64,000 nt of DNA, taken from positions 2,843 to 66,842 of the forward strand of contig VMGB01000002.1 in NCBI GenBank assembly GCA_007376295.1. The letters run 5' to 3'. Below are positions 49,193 through 58,584 of the stretch, one piece after another (position 1 is the first letter of the stretch; each line of letters opens with the position of its first letter). The position numbers were made by a program, and so were the translations under genes. Below the pieces are notes generated by a model, which was not told where the DNA came from, did no database searches, and saw only the letters and a list, made by a program, of their open reading frames with translations. This DNA is from Parcubacteria group bacterium Gr01-1014_13 (lineage in GTDB: Bacteria; Patescibacteriota; Patescibacteriia; Magasanikbacterales; GWA2-37-8).

Positions 49193-49223
49193 ACTGTAAA
49201 CTATTACGCAACGTCAGAGTCAA
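49193..49223 (-). promoter_or_regulatory. MerR-type promoter/operator
   Basis: TTGACT-19 nt-TACAGT with dyad TGACG-TTG-CGTAA in the spacer. Confidence 0.8.
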
Positions 49224-49317
49224 GAGTGAGAACAAGTATTGTTCATTTTTTCTACATGTTTGTTTTGTTATAGTATGTGGTATTATGTAGAAGCTTTTTA
49301 ATTAAATAATTAAACAT

Positions 49318-49728
49318 ATGTACAAAAATCCTGTCGTCCATTTTGAAATGCCAGCCGAGGATAAGGCGCGCATGAATAAATTCTATGAAAGCGCTTTTGG
49401 CTGGGAAACGAGACAGCTCGGCCCGGAAATGGGAGAGTATGTAATCGTTACCACTACCGAGACCGATGAAAATCGGATGGTAAAAACTCCTGGCACTATT
49501 AATGGCGGATTTTATCAGAAAAAAAAGCCAGATCAGTATACCAGAATCACAATTGCGGTAGATGATATCCAAGAGGCAATGAAAAAAGTAATAGAAGCTG
49601 GTGGTACAGTTGTTGGCGGCATGCAAAATCCTGGTCAGCCAGATAATATTCCTGGCGTTGGACTTTATGCGACTTTTATAGACACCGAAGGCAACCTTGC
49701 TAGCATGCTACAGCCTTTTAATAAATAA
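49318..49728 (+). CDS. VOC/glyoxalase family protein
   Basis: VVHFEMPA, FYESAFGW, INGG, FIDTEGN. Confidence 0.9.
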   Translation: MYKNPVVHFEMPAEDKARMNKFYESAFGWETRQLGPEMGEYVIVTTTETDENRMVKTPGTINGGFYQKKKPDQYTRITIAVDDIQEAMKKVIEAGGTVVGGMQNPGQPDNIPGVGLYATFIDTEGNLASMLQPFNK

Positions 49729-49738
49729 TTAAAAAAAT

Positions 49739-50230
49739 ATGCAAAAAGAATTTAAAATTACTCGCGTTTTTGACGCACCACGTGAGGTGGTCTGGGCAGC
49801 ATTTACTGAACCAGAAATGGTGAAGCACTGGTGGGGACCAAAAGATTTTACTGCACCAAGCATAAAAATTAATTTAAGGGTTGGTGGCAAATACATTTTT
49901 GCTATGCAAGGACCTGCGGGTTCAGAGTGGGACAAAGTAATGTACAGCGCTGGTACATACAAAGAAATTGTTCCAATGGAAAAAATTGTCTGTACGGATC
50001 ATTTCTCCAATGAAAAGGGAGATATCCTTCCGCCAGAGTCATATGGTTTGCCAGCCAATTTTCCAAAGGAAAATATTGTGATGTTTACCTTTGAGAGCAT
50101 GGGCGACGACAAAACAAAACTCACTATTCTATATGTAGTTGATGAGGAAGTTCTAGAGATTATGAATAAAGTTAAAATGAGGGAAGGTTGGGAAAGTTCT
50201 CTAGATAAACTGGCTGAGATTTTAGAATAA
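49739..50230 (+). CDS. SRPBCC (AHSA1/CalC-like) protein
   Basis: ITRVFDAPREVVW.AFTEP...WWGP...GWESSLDKL. Confidence 0.9.
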   Translation: MQKEFKITRVFDAPREVVWAAFTEPEMVKHWWGPKDFTAPSIKINLRVGGKYIFAMQGPAGSEWDKVMYSAGTYKEIVPMEKIVCTDHFSNEKGDILPPESYGLPANFPKENIVMFTFESMGDDKTKLTILYVVDEEVLEIMNKVKMREGWESSLDKLAEILE

Positions 50231-50240
50231 GATGTAAAAT

Positions 50241-50660
50241 ATGAATCAAGATAATACAATCACTGTAGAAACCATGGTACATGCCCCAATGGAAAAAGTT
50301 TGGGAGTCTTGGACAAAACCGGAGCATATTGTAAATTGGGCCTTTGCTTCTGATGATTGGGAGGCGCCTGTTGCGGAAAATGATTTACGTGTCGGTGGAA
50401 AATTTAAAACTGTGATGGCGGCAAAAGATAAGAGTGCCAGCTTTGATTTCGCAGGAGTCTATACAGATGTGCAAGAACATGGTTTTATTGAATACACCAT
50501 GGATGATGGCCGGGTAGTAAGCATACAATTTGTACAACTTCCCGAAGGTATAAAAATTATTGAGGTTTTTGATCCAGAAAAAATAAATTCGCAAGAGAAG
50601 CAACGTGCCGGCTGGCAGGCAATTTTAGATAATTTTAAAAAATATACGGAGAGTTTATAA
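50241..50660 (+). CDS. SRPBCC (AHSA1-like) protein
   Basis: KVWESWT.PEHI..W, NDLRVGG, GWQAILDNFKKY. Confidence 0.9.
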   Translation: MNQDNTITVETMVHAPMEKVWESWTKPEHIVNWAFASDDWEAPVAENDLRVGGKFKTVMAAKDKSASFDFAGVYTDVQEHGFIEYTMDDGRVVSIQFVQLPEGIKIIEVFDPEKINSQEKQRAGWQAILDNFKKYTESL

Positions 50661-50672
50661 ATAATAATCAAT

Positions 50673-51074
50673 ATGAATATGAAAAAAAATCGGACAAAAA
50701 CGAACTCAGCCAAGTACGTTGATGGATTTGTGCTCGTGGTTCCCAAAAAGAAAGTAGCCGCTTATCGCAAAATGGCTCAAGAGGGTAGTAGAATATGGAA
50801 GAAGTACGGAGCGCTTGAGTACAAGGAATGTGTGGGTGATGATCTCAGCCCTAATATGGGAGGTATGCCGGCACTTACCTTTCCGAAGATGATAAAATTA
50901 AAAAAGGGCGAGACTGTGTGGTTTTCATTTGTTACTTATAAATCACGCGCGCACCGCGACCAGGTAAATAAAAAAGTGATGGCAGAGATGGATAAGAAAT
51001 ACAAAGACGCGCCGCCTATGCCATTTGATATGAAACGGATGGCCTATGGTGGGTTTAAAGTAATAGTTGATTAA
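50673..51074 (+). CDS. DUF1428 family protein
   Basis: YVDGFV, YGALEYKEC, HRDQVN, MPFDMKRMAYGGF. Confidence 0.9.
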   Translation: MNMKKNRTKTNSAKYVDGFVLVVPKKKVAAYRKMAQEGSRIWKKYGALEYKECVGDDLSPNMGGMPALTFPKMIKLKKGETVWFSFVTYKSRAHRDQVNKKVMAEMDKKYKDAPPMPFDMKRMAYGGFKVIVD

Positions 51075-51098
51075 AACTAATTCTTTAACTTTAATTGT

Positions 51099-51986
51099 AT
51101 GCAAAAAATTACCCCAAATTTATGGTATAACAAAGAAGCTAAAGAGGCCGCCGAGTTTTATGTTTCGGTATTTCCGGATTCAAAAATTAACAGCCTAAGA
51201 ACCCTTCGTAACACTCCATCTGGAGATACTGATGTTGTATCTTTTGAACTTTTAGGCTACAAATTTATGTCGATTAGTGCAGGTCCTTTTTTTAAATTCA
51301 ATCCATCAGTTTCATTTTTAGTTACCTGTCAAAGCAAAGAAGAGGTTGATAATTTCTGGAAAAAACTCTCTCCAGGTGGCAAAGTAATGATGGAGCTCGG
51401 AGAGTATCCTTTTAGTAAACACTACGGCTGGACAGCTGATAAATATGGAGTTTCGTGGCAAATAATGCTCGCTGATGAACATTATCAATTTAAACAGAAG
51501 TTAACACCGACATTGATGTTTGTCGGAGAAAATGCAGGTAAAGCAGAAGAAGCAATGACATTTTATGCTTCAATATTCCCAGATAGTAAGGTTGGCGGGA
51601 TAGCAAGGTACCCTGCTGGAATGGATCCGGAAAAAGAAGGCACGGTTATGCATGGAGCTGTTGTTTTGGCTGGACAGGAATTCTTTGCAATGGACAGCGC
51701 TCGCGAACACAAGTTCGCTTTTAACGAAGCAATATCGTTTATTGTCAACTGCGATACGCAAGAAGAAATTGATTATTTCTGGGAAAAGCTTTCAGCTGTT
51801 CCCGAATCCGAACAGTGCGGCTGGTTAAAAGATAAATATGGTTTTTCCTGGCAAATTGTTCCTAATATTATGGATGAAATGATGAAAGATAACGATGAAG
51901 AAAAGCTGGCGCGAGTTACCGAAGCGTTTCTTAAAATGAAGAAGTTTGACATCGCGAAGTTAAAAGAAGCGTACGAAGGAAAATAA
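51099..51986 (+). CDS. Tandem PhnB-like VOC protein
   Basis: MQKITPNLW, GWTADKYGVSWQ, CGWLKDKYGFSWQ. Confidence 0.9.
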   Translation: MQKITPNLWYNKEAKEAAEFYVSVFPDSKINSLRTLRNTPSGDTDVVSFELLGYKFMSISAGPFFKFNPSVSFLVTCQSKEEVDNFWKKLSPGGKVMMELGEYPFSKHYGWTADKYGVSWQIMLADEHYQFKQKLTPTLMFVGENAGKAEEAMTFYASIFPDSKVGGIARYPAGMDPEKEGTVMHGAVVLAGQEFFAMDSAREHKFAFNEAISFIVNCDTQEEIDYFWEKLSAVPESEQCGWLKDKYGFSWQIVPNIMDEMMKDNDEEKLARVTEAFLKMKKFDIAKLKEAYEGK

Positions 51987-51990
51987 TTTT

Positions 51991-52788
51991 TTATTTTAAC
52001 AAAAAGTAAATCAGCACCAATACTCCAAGAACAATTCGGTAATATCCAAACGGAACGAAGTTTTTTGTTTGAATATATTTCATGAACATTTTGATTACTG
52101 CCAGTGCAACCAAAAAAGAAGTTACAAATCCGGTGAGTAGGATAACAGCCTCTGAACCAGTCATATTTAATCCATTTTTGAGCAAGGAATATATGGAAGC
52201 GGCCGCGATAGTAGGGATAGCCAAGAAAAAAGAAAATTCTGCCGCTAGTACTCGCGAAGCACCAAGCAACATCGCACCGATAATGGTGGCTGCCGAGCGG
52301 GAAGTGCCTGGTATCATGGCCAGAGTTTGAATTAAGCCGATAGCAAAAGCTGTTTTGTAGCTTAATTCGGCTACGGAATTAATTTTATGATCCACCTTTC
52401 TTCTTTCCAGTAAAATTAAAGCTATACCGCCGATGATAAGGGTAATGGCAACTGTGATTGGATTAAAAAATTTGGCTTCTATTGTTTTGGCCAGAAAAAA
52501 TCCAATTACCAGTGCTGGTAGAACAGCGACCAGAGTTTTTCTCCAAAGCGCAAACACTTCTTTTTTATTTGCATATCGGCTAAGTGGGCAAATACGAGAG
52601 TTGAAGTACAATGCTACAGCTACAATTGCTCCAAGCTGAATCACAATATCAAACATTTGGGTAAAATGCTTGTCAAACTTCAGCCACTCGTTTACTATTA
52701 TCAAGTGTCCGGTAGAGGAAATTGGTAGAAATTCGGTAATTCCTTCTACAGCGCCCAGGATTATGGCTTTAAGCAAGTCAAAAATCAT
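51991..52788 (-). CDS. uppP: Undecaprenyl-diphosphate phosphatase
   Basis: VEGITEFLPISSTGH, PGTSRS, EFSFFLAIP. Confidence 0.96.
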   Translation of the reverse strand: MIFDLLKAIILGAVEGITEFLPISSTGHLIIVNEWLKFDKHFTQMFDIVIQLGAIVAVALYFNSRICPLSRYANKKEVFALWRKTLVAVLPALVIGFFLAKTIEAKFFNPITVAITLIIGGIALILLERRKVDHKINSVAELSYKTAFAIGLIQTLAMIPGTSRSAATIIGAMLLGASRVLAAEFSFFLAIPTIAAASIYSLLKNGLNMTGSEAVILLTGFVTSFLVALAVIKMFMKYIQTKNFVPFGYYRIVLGVLVLIYFLLK

Positions 52789-52833
52789 AAAAAAGTTAAA
52801 TAACAGAATTATTATATCCCAAAGCCAGACTTT

Positions 52834-53460
52834 ATGCCATTGAAAGTTAATTTTAAAAAATCCATAGATCATTTAAAGTCAGTCGATCCTATTTTAGCAA
52901 AGTTGTTCGATTCTTGCTCGCCAGTTGTTTTGCGTCCGCATACTAATTATTTTCAATCGCTCACAGAAGCGATTATTAGTCAGCAATTGTCTGACAAAGC
53001 AGCTACAACCATTGTAAATCGGTTTAAAGCTTTGTTTCCCGGCGTAGATTTCCCATCGCCAAAACAAGTTTTACGCAAAAAAGATAGTGATTTGCGTAGT
53101 GTTGGTGTGTCTGGGGCTAAAGCTTCGTATATTAAAAATTTAGCCACCGCTATGGAAGATAAAACGGTTCATTTTGTAGATATATCCAAAATGACAGATG
53201 AAGAAATTATTGAAATGTTGGTGAAAGTAAAAGGGATTGGACGTTGGACTGCGGAGATGTTTCTAATTTTTTCTTTGGGCAGATTGGATGTATTTTCTTT
53301 TGGAGATTTAGGATTACGTAATGCGATAAAAAAATTATATTCTCTGCGCCAAGATCCGTCGCCGAAACAAATGCAAAAAACGTCTATCTGTTGGCAACCA
53401 TATCGCACTTGCGCTTCACTGTATTTGTGGGCGAGTTTGAATAATAGACAAAAGCCTTAA
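52834..53460 (+). CDS. DNA-3-methyladenine glycosylase II (AlkA-like HhH-GPD)
   Basis: IISQQLS, KGIGRWTAEM, DLG, WQPYR. Confidence 0.92.
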   Translation: MPLKVNFKKSIDHLKSVDPILAKLFDSCSPVVLRPHTNYFQSLTEAIISQQLSDKAATTIVNRFKALFPGVDFPSPKQVLRKKDSDLRSVGVSGAKASYIKNLATAMEDKTVHFVDISKMTDEEIIEMLVKVKGIGRWTAEMFLIFSLGRLDVFSFGDLGLRNAIKKLYSLRQDPSPKQMQKTSICWQPYRTCASLYLWASLNNRQKP

Positions 53461-53492
53461 TTTTCGATAGAATTCGCGTATTCGTATATTAT

Positions 53493-53581
53493 GGAGAGGT
53501 GTCTGAGTGGTCGAAAGTGCCGCTCTCGAAAAGCGGTAGGGTTCATAGCCCTCGTGGGTTCGACTCCCACCCTCTCCGCCA
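53493..53581 (+). tRNA. tRNA-Ser(CGA)
   Basis: Long variable arm, anticodon loop CTCGAAA, encoded CCA. Confidence 0.94.
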
Positions 53582-53676
53582 AGTTTTGAATTCCAGCAGA
53601 CTTGACGAAATAACCAGTGCATGGCATGCTATGGTCTCATTCTCCCCACAAAAAACAACAGAAAGGATTGTGTAAA

Positions 53677-53976
53677 ATGAAGACCCCTGAAGTGTCATTG
53701 GATGTTGCTTTTAGCCAGCTTAGCAAACGTGAACGACAAGTGCTCGTCGCGCTCGCGCAGGGTTATTCTAACCGTGAGGTTGCGACGGAGCTTGGGGTTA
53801 ACCCAAAAACTGTCGATTCGCATCGAAGCCAGGTACGCAAGAAGCTCGGTCTACGCAACAACAGTGATTTTGTTCGCTATGCCATCAAGAACGGATTGAT
53901 GGATGTCAACGGCAAGGAGTCTCCGACTCCACCGCCGGTTGAAAGATTTGATCCGCAGGCCGAACAGATGTTGTAG
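53677..53976 (+). CDS. Stand-alone LuxR/NarL-type HTH protein
   Basis: LSKRERQVL...GYSNREVA..LGVNPKTVDSHR...KKLGL. Confidence 0.88.
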   Translation: MKTPEVSLDVAFSQLSKRERQVLVALAQGYSNREVATELGVNPKTVDSHRSQVRKKLGLRNNSDFVRYAIKNGLMDVNGKESPTPPPVERFDPQAEQML

Positions 53977-54089
53977 ATATTTGTACCAGTACGCACCTCT
54001 CCGGAGGTGCGTTTTCTCTCCAGTTTGCTTTTTTTAAACTATCGTGTATAATACTAACCAGATAAATTAATTTATTTAATTCAAAAGTT

Positions 54090-54344
54090 ATGCCAAAAGC
54101 AAACTCTGCTTTTATGAAGCCGTTGAATGTCAGCGCCGAACTCGCCGCTGTCGTTGGTAAAGGTCCTATGCCACGCTCAGAAGTGGTCAAAAAACTCTGG
54201 GTTTATATCAAAAGCAAGAATCTACAGGACCCAGCCAAGAAGCGTAATATTCACGCCGACGCAGCTTTAAAAGCAGTATTTGGCGGTAAAGAAACAGTGG
54301 ACATGTTTGAAATGACAAAACTCGTTTCCAAACACCTTTCCTAA
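54090..54344 (+). CDS. Stand-alone SWIB/MDM2 domain protein
   Basis: SAELAAVVG..PMPRSEVVKKLWVYIK..NLQDP. Confidence 0.92.
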   Translation: MPKANSAFMKPLNVSAELAAVVGKGPMPRSEVVKKLWVYIKSKNLQDPAKKRNIHADAALKAVFGGKETVDMFEMTKLVSKHLS

Positions 54345-54394
54345 TTATAAAAAACAAAAAATCCTCCAACTTATGGGGGATTTTTTTGTAGCGG

Positions 54395-55717
54395 TTAATT
54401 TCCCAAATCTTTTATATCCTGTTCATATTTGGCAGTCAGGGTCAAAACATTATCGCCATAAAAACGATATTTGGTATTGGTTCCTCCGGAGAAGTAACGC
54501 ATAGCTGCTTTCCATTGTCCGTCTTTAGTATTATTAGCTCCATTATTTTTTAAAAGCAGACCAGCAGCCATAAACGCATCGCGAATATCCCAAGGGTCAG
54601 CTGGACTTTTTCCGGTTAAAGCGCTGACTTTGTCTTTATATCCAATCCAAGTGGAAGGAATAAATTGAGCCGGTCCCATGGCTCCGCCCCAGCCTAGCTG
54701 ACTGCCATTTTTATTTTTCATGGGGCAAGAAACCGGAGTTATATCCGGATCACGGCCTAACTCTTCGGTAATTTTTTTAAATGGTTCCTGGTCACGAGCG
54801 GGCTTCATAATAACCCTCCAGCCTTTTTCGGGTGGATCGCCCGGCCGGTTGCAAGTGCCGACATTTTTCCCCAAGTTTGATTCTTGAGTGAGGATAGCCA
54901 GAAGAAATGCCGCTGGCACGCCGGTTTGGCTATCGGTTGCTTGAGCAATCGTAACGGCTTGGCCAAAAGTAATTTGAGTACCGACTCCCAATAATTCGTA
55001 AATACGGCTTCTGATTTCGGCCGCTTGTTTTTTACTATCCTTTAAAAGATTTTGGAAAGTGGTTTCCAGCCCTTGAGTCTGCTTCAGTAGTTGCGTTTGT
55101 TCGTCTAATTTGCCGACAAGAGAATTTTGTTGAATTTTAGCAATGCTTAAAAGTTCGCGAGTATCATCCTGTTGCTCTTCATAGGTTATTTGTTGGGAAT
55201 TTAATTGTTGTTCCGCTATTCTGGACTCTTGCACTAGGGCGCCAATAGAAGTGGATAATTTTTGGTAATTAGCTAATTCGGTAAATGCTTCATTTAAACC
55301 GCCATCAACCAAAAGCTTAAGCAAGAACAGTTCTTGATCTTTTTGATTTAAAAGTCGTAGCAATTTGGATAAATCTATTTTTAAACGCGCGATTTTGGCT
55401 TTGTTGGTCTCTATAGCTTTGACTGTGGTGGAAATTTTTTTATCTAAATCACCCAATTTAATATTGGTAGATTTAATCTGCAGACGCAGACGCTCTTGTT
55501 CGTTTTTGAGTTGTTTAATTTTATTTGCCAGAGTTTTTTTCTCGCCTTTAGTGGTGTTTAATTGTTGTTCTAGGGCCGTGATTTGGGTTTGAATGACTTG
55601 TAATTGTTGTTCCAGCTCTAGTCGGGCGGCTTCATCTGGTGCGGCGGCTGTTAAAATCGGGAAAACTAAAAAAATAACTAGGAGGGCGCCAATATATTTT
55701 TGCCAGAGTTTTTTCAT
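54395..55717 (-). CDS. Coiled-coil + lytic transglycosylase (SLT_2-like) cell-wall hydrolase
   Basis: Signal peptide, long coiled coil, LTQES, GAMGPAQFIPSTW. Confidence 0.88.
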   Translation of the reverse strand: MKKLWQKYIGALLVIFLVFPILTAAAPDEAARLELEQQLQVIQTQITALEQQLNTTKGEKKTLANKIKQLKNEQERLRLQIKSTNIKLGDLDKKISTTVKAIETNKAKIARLKIDLSKLLRLLNQKDQELFLLKLLVDGGLNEAFTELANYQKLSTSIGALVQESRIAEQQLNSQQITYEEQQDDTRELLSIAKIQQNSLVGKLDEQTQLLKQTQGLETTFQNLLKDSKKQAAEIRSRIYELLGVGTQITFGQAVTIAQATDSQTGVPAAFLLAILTQESNLGKNVGTCNRPGDPPEKGWRVIMKPARDQEPFKKITEELGRDPDITPVSCPMKNKNGSQLGWGGAMGPAQFIPSTWIGYKDKVSALTGKSPADPWDIRDAFMAAGLLLKNNGANNTKDGQWKAAMRYFSGGTNTKYRFYGDNVLTLTAKYEQDIKDLGN

Positions 55718-55836
55718 AGTAGAGGTAGGATACCAACTTTTACTATATTTTTCAATTTATGCACAGTCTTCTAGCAGTTAAAGTTAATTTTTGTTATAAT
55801 TAAGTACAAGTTAATTTATTCATTTTTTTAAAGCTT

Positions 55837-58443
55837 ATGTTCAAGCTTAAGGAAATTCTCAAATTCGGCGCGTTGTCGCTGGCTTTGAGTTTGGTTATAA
55901 TATTTTCTGCGCAAGCGCAGACCGCAACGGATACAAGCTCTGGTTCTACAACACAGACCCATGACGAGCAGTGTTTAAGTGGTGGCGGAAAATTGTGTAA
56001 GAATTCAGACGGGAGCAATTGGTGTTCTTACTCTACGAGTCCTTGTCCAGCTTATGACACAGCCAGCTGTTCTTCGCAAGGCGGAGAATGGTGCAATTAT
56101 GCTGGCACTACCAATGGTTATTGCGCCAGCACTCCTGGAAGTTGTCCTATAAACGATGAAGCGGGTTGTACGGCCAAGAGTAGGCCATGGTGCAAGTATA
56201 GCACTGGCGGTTCTGGTTATGGTGGAGGATGGTGCGCCGAGGTGGGGTATAAGTGCCCGGCCTATGACGAACCTTCCTGTGTCGCGCAAGGTAGTGAATG
56301 GTGCACATCTTCATACGGATCCGGATGGTGCAGTACCACACCTGGAAGTTGTCCGGTAAATGATAAGGCGACTTGTGAATCAAAAAGCAGAACATGGTGT
56401 GTTGATAGTAGTTCATATAGTACTAGTGGCGGTTGGTGCGCTAATACCGGCAGCACCTGTCCGAGCAGTTCCACAAGCACAACTCCTACCCCAACACCTG
56501 TATACCCAATTTCTTCCTGGCCAAATACAGAAAGCGATTGTACGAAATATAAAGGTGTTTGGTGTGTAAATACATATACCAGTGGTTATGGCACGATGTC
56601 CGGCTCTTGTATGACGGCAGGGCAAACCTGTTATGTGACTCCTCCGTCTGGAAAAATGAGTTGCTGGGATGGTTCTTTTGTGGACACATATTCCAGTTGT
56701 CCGTCCACTCCTACCACCAAAAGTGATTGTGAAACAAAAGGAAACAAATGGTGTGATTCGTCCACTGTTTCCACTTACAGTACTTATAGTTCCGGTTGGT
56801 GTACTGGAAAAACTCAAAACTGTCCCGCTTATCCTCCGGTCGGAAAAATGACTTGTCCGGATGGCGTTACTTTTGCTACAACCTTAACCGAGTGTCCGAC
56901 TGCTGGGACAACTTTGATTTCACCAACTCTAAAAACTTGCCCAGACGGATCTATTGTAGATAAATCATGGGTATGTCCGGTAGTTCTCATTATTTGTTCA
57001 GATGGCACTAAACTTAGAGACTCAACTGACTGTCCGGTAAAAACCGACGACAGCGTATCTGTTTGTCTTAACAAGAAAGGTGTCTGGTGTTTGGATAAAG
57101 CGGGCGGGAGCGGGTATTGCGCGTTAGAGGGCAGATGTAAGACAGATTTACCAGATGAAAAAGAGGTGCTTGATGCCAAGCAAATTAAACTAATAGAAAG
57201 CATGAAGAAAGATTATGCGCGTAATCTGGATACTTTGGAAAAAACATTTAAACGCTTGGAAGATACAGAATCATTGGCAAAAATTGCGGCCCTGAAGGAA
57301 AAATTAGCTTCATTGCCATCTGACACATCTGTTTTTGATGCCTTGGAAGCTATGAAAGACGACATCATGACTCTGCGTGAGGTAAAGGATGATTTAATTA
57401 GCAAAAAAGGCGAGATTGAAATGTCGGAACGGGATTTGGAGATGCAAGCAAAAGCCTTAAAACAGATGAAGAAGAATATGCTTGCTTTTGAAAAGCAGCT
57501 TAAGAAAATGGATACAAAGGCCGCTGCGCTAAAAAAACAAGGGTTTAGTTTGCCCAGCGCGCTTGAGGACATTTTAACGCAAGGAAAAGTATTGATGGGA
57601 AAAATCAAAGCCAGTACAAATTTTGAGGAAGCGCGCGATGCTGGGGAATCGCTGGCTGAATTAAGTGAAGATTTGAATTTATGGGCAATAAATATTGACC
57701 AGTTGGTAAAAATAAGTTCTGTGCTTAGGAATATAAATGGGCAGATTACCAACCGAGAATCAGCTCTTAAGAGTGTAAAGGCGCTGGCCACAAGATTAAA
57801 AGTTGATTTGCAAGCAAATTTGGACGACGTTAGCGCGACACTTGCCTCTGTTCGGGAAGCGTATGGCCAATTAAAGACAAGGGCATGGGGGGAAGAAGAG
57901 CCATTTGAATTTGTTCAATCAGCCATCATTGATAAGCTGGAAAATGCGGATAATGACATGGCCAATATCAGGGCCCTTGCCAACCTGAAGGCCTCGGTAA
58001 ATAAAATAGCGACCCAAATCAAGAACTTTGATACCAGAATTGCTCGTCTGGTAAAACAAAAGAAAGATGTGGCGGAATTGGCGAGTCTTGTTGATCAATT
58101 AAAAGAAGTTCATGGTGAGCTAAAAGCATTAGCTGGAGAAAAATTGGCTAACTTGGATCTGGATAATGTGCTTGAAAAATTAGGCGCCGCGAACTCTTTA
58201 ATGGAAGAAATTAATGACTTGTTAAAGATTAGCGCTCCTTCTATTCTGGAGAGACAGTTGAAACAAAATTTTAAAGTGGAGAAAATAAATGTTCCAGAAG
58301 TTGAAAAAGAAGTAATCCGCGCTTATAGGGTCGCCACATTCTTCCGCAGAGCTCCTGCACAGATGGCAGAATACGTAAGTTCTATAAAGGAAGCCGGTGT
58401 TAATACTATTAACCGATGGAGAAATCGTTTGGCGATTGATTAG
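55837..58443 (+). CDS. Secreted Cys-rich repeat protein with C-terminal coiled coil
   Basis: Signal peptide; C...G..WC...GWC...CP repeats; CPDG repeats. Confidence 0.85.
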   Translation: MFKLKEILKFGALSLALSLVIIFSAQAQTATDTSSGSTTQTHDEQCLSGGGKLCKNSDGSNWCSYSTSPCPAYDTASCSSQGGEWCNYAGTTNGYCASTPGSCPINDEAGCTAKSRPWCKYSTGGSGYGGGWCAEVGYKCPAYDEPSCVAQGSEWCTSSYGSGWCSTTPGSCPVNDKATCESKSRTWCVDSSSYSTSGGWCANTGSTCPSSSTSTTPTPTPVYPISSWPNTESDCTKYKGVWCVNTYTSGYGTMSGSCMTAGQTCYVTPPSGKMSCWDGSFVDTYSSCPSTPTTKSDCETKGNKWCDSSTVSTYSTYSSGWCTGKTQNCPAYPPVGKMTCPDGVTFATTLTECPTAGTTLISPTLKTCPDGSIVDKSWVCPVVLIICSDGTKLRDSTDCPVKTDDSVSVCLNKKGVWCLDKAGGSGYCALEGRCKTDLPDEKEVLDAKQIKLIESMKKDYARNLDTLEKTFKRLEDTESLAKIAALKEKLASLPSDTSVFDALEAMKDDIMTLREVKDDLISKKGEIEMSERDLEMQAKALKQMKKNMLAFEKQLKKMDTKAAALKKQGFSLPSALEDILTQGKVLMGKIKASTNFEEARDAGESLAELSEDLNLWAINIDQLVKISSVLRNINGQITNRESALKSVKALATRLKVDLQANLDDVSATLASVREAYGQLKTRAWGEEEPFEFVQSAIIDKLENADNDMANIRALANLKASVNKIATQIKNFDTRIARLVKQKKDVAELASLVDQLKEVHGELKALAGEKLANLDLDNVLEKLGAANSLMEEINDLLKISAPSILERQLKQNFKVEKINVPEVEKEVIRAYRVATFFRRAPAQMAEYVSSIKEAGVNTINRWRNRLAID

Positions 58444-58454
58444 TAATTGAAATT

Positions 58455-58496
58455 AAAAAAAGACCCGCCTGGTTTTTATCGGGCGGGTCTTTTTTA
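58455..58496 (+). terminator. Intrinsic terminator
   Basis: AAAAAAGACCCGCC...GGCGGGTCTTTTTT. Confidence 0.85.
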
Positions 58497-58584
58497 TGGA
58501 CAAGTAGTATTGATTTTGATATATTTAATATTATATCGCAATTGACTTTACGCATAGATTTTGTGTTTAATTTTATAGATTAGT

